Positions 18,163-25,085 of a stretch of DNA of 32,557 nucleotides are shown piece after piece (position 1 is the first letter of the stretch; each line of letters starts with the position of its first letter). A model generated the notes under the pieces. It did no database searches, was not told the DNA's origin, and saw only the letters and a program-made list of their open reading frames with translations. Source of the DNA: Planctomycetota bacterium (lineage in GTDB: Bacteria > Planctomycetota > Planctomycetia > JALXBF01); assembly GCA_026991575.1 (NCBI GenBank), contig JALXBF010000190.1, forward strand, positions 1-32,557, given 5' to 3'. Both the position numbers and the translations under genes were made by a program.

Positions 18163-19872
18163 ATGCGTGGTCATTCCCTGTGCTTGCTCTGCTTCGTGTG
18201 TGCTGCAGGAGCAGCTTCGGTGAGTTCTGCCCAAGAGGTAAGCCTCAGGTTCCGGTCGACCCGAGAGCTGCCGGCCGTTGCACGCAACGGTATGGTAGCC
18301 ACCAGTGAACCGCTTGCTGTCGAGACGGGCCTCGCCGTGCTCAAAGCTGGCGGCAATGCGATCGATGCAGCCATCGCCGCAGGGGCCATGATCGGGCTGA
18401 CCGAACCGATGAGCTGCGGCATCGGCGGTGACCTATTCGCCATCATCTGGAGTGCGCGTGATCAGAAGCTGTACGGGCTGAACGCCAGCGGACGTGCGCC
18501 GAAAGCGGCAACAATCGAGCGTCTTCGCAAGCTCGGCTACGAACACATGCCCGTGCGCGGGCCGTTGAGCTGGACCGTTCCCGGCTGCGTGGACGGTTGG
18601 GCAGAGATGCACCGTCGGTTCGGATCGATGAAATGGTCGGAGCTGTTTCAGCCGGCGATCCGAGCCGCAGAGCAAGGCTTTGTCGTCCGGCCCGTGATCG
18701 CACGCTACTGGCGTAACGCGGAACGACTGCTCAGCCGCTGGCCCTCATCAGCCCGCACGTACCTGGTCGACGGCAAGGCCCCGCGTGCGGGTGATCTGTT
18801 TCGCAATCCTGACCTGGCGCGCACCTACCGGCTGATCGCCGAGCATGGTCCGGAGGCGTTCTACCGCGGGCCGATCGCCCAGCAGATCGCAGCCACCGCC
18901 CGGCAACTCGGCGGCCTGATGACGGTCGCGGACCTAGAAGCTCACCGTTCCACGTGGGTCGAACCGGTTAGCACAACCTACCGTGGCTACACGGTCTGGG
19001 AGTTACCGCCAAACGGCCAGGGCATCGCCGTGCTCCAGATGCTCAACATCCTAGAGGGATTCGATCTGAAACAACTCGGGCACAACAGCGCCGAGTACCT
19101 GCATCTGCTGATCGAAACGAAGAAAATCGTTTTCGAAGATCGGGCACGGTACTACGCTGACCCGGAGTTTGCCGATGTGCCGCTGCAGGCACTCATCTCA
19201 AAACGCTACGCTGCTCACCGCCGCAGGCTGATTGATCCCAGGCGTGCTCGACGCTCGGTCCCGCTAGAGGATCCGCGACTGGTTGTCAGCGACACGATCT
19301 ACATGACCGTTGTGGACAAGGATCGAAACTGTGTGTCGTACATCCAGAGCAACTACTACGGGTTCGGCTCGGGTATTGTGCCCGAGGGGCTGGGCTTCGC
19401 GATGCAAAACCGCGGCGCCCTCTTTGCTCTGGATCCTGAGCACCCAAACCGGCTCGAGCCGGGAAAGCGGCCGTTTCACACGATCATCCCGGCGTTTGTC
19501 ACTAAGGACGGCAAGCCGTGGTTCTGTTTCGGCGTGATGGGCGGCGACATGCAGCCGCAGGGGCAGGTGCAGGTGTTGCTGAACATCATCGAATTCGGTA
19601 TGGATCCGCAGAAGGCGGGCGCCGCACCACGGTTCCGCCACTTCGGCTCCTCGACGCCGCGGGCCGATCATGTGATGACCGACGGCGGCCGCGTGGGCCT
19701 GGAGCGGGGCATTCCCGCCGAGGTTCGCCGCAAACTCGAGGCAATGGGCCATCGGCTCTTGCCCCCCGGCGGCGCATTCGGCGGCTACCAGGGCATCCTC
19801 ATCGACCATGAGCGGGGATTGCTCATCGGAGGCTCGGAGGTTCGTAAGGACGGTCTGGCGCTGGGGTACTGA
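18163..19872 (+). CDS. ggt: Gamma-glutamyltransferase family protein (signal peptide)
   Basis: GGNAIDAAIA, GIGGDLF, LNASGRAP, ELPPNGQG, nucleophile region SDTIYMTVVD, PGKRPFHTIIP, GVMGGDMQPQG, RKDG. Confidence 0.93.
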   Translation: MRGHSLCLLCFVCAAGAASVSSAQEVSLRFRSTRELPAVARNGMVATSEPLAVETGLAVLKAGGNAIDAAIAAGAMIGLTEPMSCGIGGDLFAIIWSARDQKLYGLNASGRAPKAATIERLRKLGYEHMPVRGPLSWTVPGCVDGWAEMHRRFGSMKWSELFQPAIRAAEQGFVVRPVIARYWRNAERLLSRWPSSARTYLVDGKAPRAGDLFRNPDLARTYRLIAEHGPEAFYRGPIAQQIAATARQLGGLMTVADLEAHRSTWVEPVSTTYRGYTVWELPPNGQGIAVLQMLNILEGFDLKQLGHNSAEYLHLLIETKKIVFEDRARYYADPEFADVPLQALISKRYAAHRRRLIDPRRARRSVPLEDPRLVVSDTIYMTVVDKDRNCVSYIQSNYYGFGSGIVPEGLGFAMQNRGALFALDPEHPNRLEPGKRPFHTIIPAFVTKDGKPWFCFGVMGGDMQPQGQVQVLLNIIEFGMDPQKAGAAPRFRHFGSSTPRADHVMTDGGRVGLERGIPAEVRRKLEAMGHRLLPPGGAFGGYQGILIDHERGLLIGGSEVRKDGLALGY

Positions 19873-19993
19873 ACCACCTGGCACGCGCCCGACGCAACGT
19901 GGGCTCGCTCCGCTAGAATCAAACGACAGCAGAGGATCCGTCATTACGGGCCAGGGCTATACCGGGCACCACCAACAGGGGAGGACTCACAGC

Positions 19994-20533
19994 ATGCGTG
20001 CGCGTCGCTACAGCCGTCGTGCCTTCCTGGGTACGCTCGCGGCCGTGGCCGTCAGTGGCTGTGCCGGCTCGAGTGGGCGGATGTTCAACTCTTACCTCGG
20101 CAAAACACCGCCGACACTCCAGGGCCAGTTTACCACCTGGCTCAACGGCGAACCGACCGACTGGCCGGAGCTGAAAGGCAAGGTGGTATTCATCACGTTC
20201 AGCTTCTTGCAGTGAGGGGGGTGCCGCATGTTGCGGCCCCACCTGGTCAGGTGGCACAAGGAATTCTCCAAACAGGGTCTGGTGGTCATCGAAGTCGAAG
20301 ACGGTCGGATCAATAGCCTCTCAGAAGTCCAGAGCCACGCCCAGGAGAATGAGCTCCCGTACGTGATCATCCACGACGGGAACGGGGAGATAACTGCTCG
20401 GTTCGGCATCATGGCTTATCCGTCCGCGTACGTGGTGGACCGTTCGGGGAAGGTGATCTGGGAAGGACATCCGGGCGCGGACCAGGCCGAAAGAGCGATT
20501 CGGCGTGCCCTGCAGGAAGGCACGTCAGGATAG
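19994..20533 (+). CDS. Probable selenoprotein: TlpA/redoxin-family thiol-disulfide oxidoreductase with UxxC motif (TGA 20213-20215 = Sec74), Tat lipoprotein, 179 aa
   Basis: RBS GGGGAGGA, ATG 19994. Reads ...WLNGEP..ELKGKVVFITFSFLQ-TGA-GGC-RMLRPHLVRWHKEFSKQGLVVIEV...FGIMAYPSAYVVDRSGKVIWEG in one frame; the TGA is at the first Cys position of CxxC and hairpins follow it. Confidence 0.85.
20216..20257 (+). promoter_or_regulatory. Candidate bacterial SECIS element
   Basis: Directly 3' of the TGA: GGG-(T bulge)-GCCGCA-TGT-TGCGGC-CCC (20219-20240) and CCACCT-GGTC-AGGTGG (20239-20254); GTGCC (20221-25) can alternatively pair with GGCAC (20253-57). Confidence 0.6.
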
Positions 20534-20710
20534 CAGCACCGGACCGGGACCGGTCAGGATCCGCCACCCCCCCTCTCGCACTGGCAGCACTACCGCACCG
20601 CTGCGCGTCGCAAAGAACCACGGCCGCGATCCGCGCCCGGCCGTAACACTGGTGGATACTTGCCGGTTGTCGGACCAAGCGATGTGTTCACCGCCGACCA
20701 ACGGGAGCGG

Positions 20711-21595
20711 ATGATGCTGGTTGTGTTACCGTGTCTGGATTCAGACGAGATGGCCGCGCAGCGGCGGCGCGAGCTGTGCATCTCGCGCGAGCTGGCAGCC
20801 CACCTCGGCCGCACCGCACTGCAGGCCATCAAGAACGGTTACTACATAACTGACAGCGGTGACCGCGTGGACTGGCACGAGGAGATCGCCAATGCGCGCG
20901 CTCGCAAGATCAGCATTCCGCCCGACGAAGAGCTGCCACCGCCCCCCGGCCACACGTTCGCGGAGACAACCGTGCAGGTCAGCAACGAAACGACCCTCGG
21001 AGCAGCTCGGCGTCTGGTGGACCGAGGGCTGCGCCCGCTCGCGTTGAACTTTGCCAACGGCATCCATCCCGGAGGGGGATTCCTCACGGGTGCACGAGCT
21101 CAAGAGGAAACGCTCTGTCGTTCTAGTGCTCTGTATGCGACACTGGTTGGCGACCCAATGTACGAGGCCCACCGGCAGAGGCCATTGCCGGATTCCACCG
21201 ACTGGGCAATCTACTCGCCCGACGTCCCAGTCTTTCGAACGGATGACGGCAGGACACTGCCACGACCGTGGCTATTGAGTTTTATCACGTGTGCTGCCCC
21301 GTACGCGCCGACCGTCGGTCAGCCCAGGTCAGCGAATCTGCTCAGACAACGGATACACCGCGTCCTGACCATCGCCCGAGCCTACGGGCATGAGACGCTC
21401 GTGCTGGGTGCGTGGGGCTGCGGTGCGTTCGGCAATGACCCGGTGCGCACGGCGCGTGACTTCCGCGCAGCGCTGGAAGGTCCATTCGACGGTGCGTTCT
21501 CCGAGGTCGTCTTTGCAATTGCCGACTGGTCACCCGAGCGGCGCCGCCTCGGTCCGTTCCGGGATGTGTTCGCCCAGCCGGCCGGCAAGCACTGA
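20711..21595 (+). CDS. TIGR02452-family protein (bacterial PARG-like macrodomain ADP-ribose glycohydrolase)
   Basis: LNFANGIHPGGGFLTGARAQEETLCRSSAL (GGG-x-QEE catalytic loop), IYSPDVPVFR, ITCAAP, LVLGAWGCGAFGNDP; GGGAG RBS before ATG 20711. Confidence 0.9.
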   Translation: MMLVVLPCLDSDEMAAQRRRELCISRELAAHLGRTALQAIKNGYYITDSGDRVDWHEEIANARARKISIPPDEELPPPPGHTFAETTVQVSNETTLGAARRLVDRGLRPLALNFANGIHPGGGFLTGARAQEETLCRSSALYATLVGDPMYEAHRQRPLPDSTDWAIYSPDVPVFRTDDGRTLPRPWLLSFITCAAPYAPTVGQPRSANLLRQRIHRVLTIARAYGHETLVLGAWGCGAFGNDPVRTARDFRAALEGPFDGAFSEVVFAIADWSPERRRLGPFRDVFAQPAGKH

Positions 21596-22801
21596 CCCTC
21601 CTTGAGACGCGGTGGCCAACCGCTGCCTGTGCCCGGCCACCCGGACCGGCCACCATCCCGCTGCATCAGAGCTGGTGCACTTCGTTGCACCCGACGCGGT
21701 GCAGTTAACAGGGAGGTCGAAAGAGGGACGGTGCTCCGACAACCGTTCTTGAGGCCCCATCGCAGCGTGCTCCCTGTCCTCCGCCGCAGAGTTCTCTTCG
21801 GGCCGTATCGCCAGGCGGAGCATCGCCTCTGGCCGACCTTCGACACCGGGGCGTCATCGCCGCGCAGGTTGTCGCGGAACAGTCCCAGCAACGCGGATGC
21901 CAACGCACCATGGCGGGGGAAGCATCTCCGGGGCGATCGAAGCCCCCGCCGGCCGTCGACCTTTGCCGGTTTTCGTGGGCTCCGTGCGAGCCCTTGGACC
22001 ACTTCCCCGCGACAACGCGCGGCTCGTCGCGGAGCGGTCACGCGGTGGTTTTTTTCCCGTGGCGTGTGACGCACCACTAGTAGCGGCGCGGTGCGCCACA
22101 ACCGCCGGGCCAAGCGCGAAGCGGGACCCCAGGCCGCGCCACGTGCGGCGCGCCCGTAGTCCGCCACACCGGGACGCTCCCGGCAGCACGACCCGCCCGT
22201 CGCCAGGCCGGCTCATCCGCCTCCCCCGGACGGCCACCTTGGCAGCGCGTGCTGGTTAGGACCGGGATGGTTCTGACGGGTGTAATCGTCGGAGAGCTTC
22301 TGCACATCCTCTGCTCGAAAGCTTCGGACGGGCAACGATCGAACTTGCCCGAACTCCGTCCGGGTTGACTCGCGTTGCCCGATCTGTCCGCCGGCAACGC
22401 GCACCGCGACAGGGCGGACGGAACAATCGCACTGCTACCTCGAGGGGCAACGAGCACGCCCGGAATCTGCGCCGGGTCCGACCCCGCTGCTACGTTCCAG
22501 CGTCGCCTGCTGCCGGCCCGCCGCGCGGTTCGAATCCAGTTCGCCTGCGGCCGGGCTGCTGGCCAGGTCCTGACCAGCCGGCGAGGTGGGCTGACCAGCA
22601 GGTGCGACGCCCTGAAGCGACTCGCAATACCGGGGCAGCATCCCCGCTCGCGGCTGCAACCCTGTCGACGACCGGGTACCGCTGGCCGTTTCGAGCGCCG
22701 GAATCGACCAGCCGAAAGGATTGGCCGTACTGTATGTCCGTCCGATCGGCACGATCCGTCGTGCTGCTGATTAGAGGCTAGCGGAGGGGGGTAGTTTGCT
22801 C

Positions 22802-22830
22802 TTGCGGGGCTGCGGGCCGAAAGCTAGACT
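22802..22830 (+). promoter_or_regulatory. Candidate sigma-70 promoter upstream of the DUF4954-like gene
   Basis: TTGCGG-17 nt-TAGACT; would give a leader of about 120 nt before ATG 22959. Confidence 0.3.
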
Positions 22831-22958
22831 TCGGGTGAGAGCATTTCGGGGATTCAGCCGACGGCGTGCACGTACCGACCAACACCCGTTGACAAGAACC
22901 ACAACACCGGGTGCGCCATAGGGTTACCCCGGGCTGGTCCACGTCGTGAGGCTAGACG

Positions 22959-24911
22959 ATGGCCGATGCTTCTCTGCTGTTCAGGCGTCTGCGCGCGTTG
23001 TTGTCGACCTCACCACTGATCCGATCCGTCGGCGAACTGCATCACCGCGGCAAAGTCTTCTGGGCCTACGGTCCGGACGTCAGGCTCCGACCGCTGACCG
23101 ATGAGGAAATCGGCCAGCTCCGTGCTCAAGGTAATGTTGCCGAAGACTGGAAGGCCATCTGGGTGCATCCAAGTTTTCGTCCCGATCGTATCCACCAGTG
23201 CCGGATCCTGGGTTGGGCGGTGTTCGGCCCGTTGCGCGGCACGGTTGCTGTTGACGGCGTCCCGCTGCCCACTGGGGTGTATCGGACCACGCTGCGCGAC
23301 TGTGTCCTTGGTCCGGACGTCCTCGTTCAGGACGTGGCGCTGGCTGCCCGCTGCGTACTTGCGCGGCAGGCCGTGTTGTTTCGCTGTGGCACCGTGGTGG
23401 GCGGCTCGGGTAGCTTCGGCAACGGGGCGGTCGTCCATGTGGGATTGACGGCCGGAGGCCGTGAGCTGCCGCTGGTGGCCGAAGCACCGTTCGACGAGCT
23501 AGCGGCTGCAGCTCTGGACGGCAACCGCTCGGCACACGATGAACTGCTGGCACTTGGACGTGAGTATGCCACCCATCTGCGCGCCGACTGCACCGTGCTC
23601 TTGCCTCGCGCCGCTATCCTGCGCAGCGATAAGGTAGAGAACGTGCTACTCGGACCCGGTGCTGTGATCGACGGAGCAGCCCACGTCGCCTCGACAACAC
23701 TACTAGCCGACGAGCACCTGGTTGCGCGCATCGGGCCCGGCTGTATCGTGAGGGAATCGGTTCTGCAGTGGGGTGCACGCGTGACAGACGGAGCCATCGT
23801 CGAGCGGACCCTGGTGGGCGAAGCAGCGACCGTTGCGCGGCTGGCTCGCGTCTGCCACGCCATCATTGGTCCAAACAGCACGCTGCAACAGGGGGAGGCT
23901 ACGTCGGTACTGGTGGGACCCTTCACTGCCATGAACCACGAAGCCCTCCTGATCGCCGCCCTCTGGCCGGACGGCCGCGGTAATGTCAGTGCCGGTGCAC
24001 GGATTGGTTCAAACCACACTGGGAAAGCACCCGATCAAGAGGCCTTTCTGGGTGAGGGGTTGTTCGTGGGGCTGGGTTGCGCGGTGAAGTTCCCGGTGGA
24101 CTTCTCGAAAGCGGCGTATACCCTGGTGGCTGCTGGGGCCTGTCTGCTCCCGCAGCGGGTCGGCTATCCATTCTCACTGATCCTGCCTCCCAAGCACCGG
24201 CCAGCCGGCGTGGCCGAAGGCCTGAACGAGATCATCCCGGGTTGGCTACTGTACGCCAGCCCGTACACCGTGCTGCGCAATGAGCTGAAGTATGCTGGTC
24301 GGAACCGAGCAGTGCACCAGGCGGTTCGGACCGAGCTCTTCGACCTGCGCCTGCTCCGAGCAATGAACGATGCCGTCCGAAGGCTTACGGACTTGGACCG
24401 TGTGCAGGCGGACTACTACACGGAGAAGCATGATCCACTGCTGGGCAAGAACTTCCTCGTTGAAGCGAACCGGCCGCTTGCGGTTGCCGCTTACCGCACC
24501 TGGGTTCGGCGCGCCGCGCTGCGGGCGTTGTGGCAGCTGCTGAAACAGTCATCGGGCTCGGATCTCCAGCAAGTGCTTCTCCGGGCCGCGGCCGATCCGA
24601 CCGTGTCCTGGGCGCTGGAACACGGCTACGTGGATCGGACCATGCTCAGCCGCGATGGACTGGCAGCGGCCCTTCAGGAACTGCTGCGGATCGAACACGA
24701 GATTGCGGTCGCGGTGGAGCAGAGTAAGAGCCGAGAGTATCGCCGAGGCTGCCGTATTATGCCGGACCTGTACGAACAAGTGCACCCGCTGCCTTCCGAC
24801 GACGGTGTGGTGCGGCACTGTTGGCAGCGGGTCCATGAGCTCAGCGACGACGTGACACGTTTCCTGCTCACTCACGGGCTGGCCACGCCCGGCCTGCGCC
24901 AGCGGCGCTGA
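22959..24911 (+). CDS. DUF4954-like protein with left-handed beta-helix repeats
   Basis: N-terminal RPLTDEEIGQLRAQGNVAEDW, hexapeptide-like repeats (IGPGCIVRESVL, IIGPNSTL), VGPFTAMNHEALLIAALWP.G.GNV..GA.IGSNHTG; family recognised from memory. Confidence 0.75.
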   Translation: MADASLLFRRLRALLSTSPLIRSVGELHHRGKVFWAYGPDVRLRPLTDEEIGQLRAQGNVAEDWKAIWVHPSFRPDRIHQCRILGWAVFGPLRGTVAVDGVPLPTGVYRTTLRDCVLGPDVLVQDVALAARCVLARQAVLFRCGTVVGGSGSFGNGAVVHVGLTAGGRELPLVAEAPFDELAAAALDGNRSAHDELLALGREYATHLRADCTVLLPRAAILRSDKVENVLLGPGAVIDGAAHVASTTLLADEHLVARIGPGCIVRESVLQWGARVTDGAIVERTLVGEAATVARLARVCHAIIGPNSTLQQGEATSVLVGPFTAMNHEALLIAALWPDGRGNVSAGARIGSNHTGKAPDQEAFLGEGLFVGLGCAVKFPVDFSKAAYTLVAAGACLLPQRVGYPFSLILPPKHRPAGVAEGLNEIIPGWLLYASPYTVLRNELKYAGRNRAVHQAVRTELFDLRLLRAMNDAVRRLTDLDRVQADYYTEKHDPLLGKNFLVEANRPLAVAAYRTWVRRAALRALWQLLKQSSGSDLQQVLLRAAADPTVSWALEHGYVDRTMLSRDGLAAALQELLRIEHEIAVAVEQSKSREYRRGCRIMPDLYEQVHPLPSDDGVVRHCWQRVHELSDDVTRFLLTHGLATPGLRQRR

Positions 24912-25085
24912 GCGGCCAGGTTAGCCTGCGCGACGACGTGTTCTGATCGCCCGGGAGTGTGCCCCCTCGGCGGCCGGCCTGTGCGTGCCGGCACCGTTCA
25001 GCATCCCCCCTGGGGTAGAATTAACACGATTCCCACATGTTTCGCAGGCCTGGTTTCCGCGCAGCGACTGGGAGCGACCGAACCG

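Noticed and set aside
19808..20533. Two separate small genes, or a nonsense pseudogene
   Set aside because: The single stop falls exactly on the catalytic Cys position, both halves are intact and hairpins follow, so Sec recoding explains it better. A pseudogene is not fully excluded without sel genes.
21530..22237. Two in-frame minus-strand ORFs separated by TGA (21854-56), a possible second selenoprotein
   Set aside because: Translation is low-complexity with no Cys-type motif or recognisable fold around the TGA.
22520..22545. GGTTCGAATCC, resembling a tRNA/tmRNA T-loop
   Set aside because: Only 2 bp of T-stem, with no acceptor stem, CCA end or cloverleaf; not tRNA-Sec or tmRNA.
22694..22780. 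AGCGCC followed by a GAAA-capped hairpin upstream of amino-sugar genes, suggesting a glmS ribozyme
   Set aside because: Lacks the conserved GACGAGG core and later elements, and the downstream gene is not glmS.
22889..22924. Perfect TTGACA upstream of the DUF4954-like gene
   Set aside because: No acceptable -10 element at 16-18 nt spacing.
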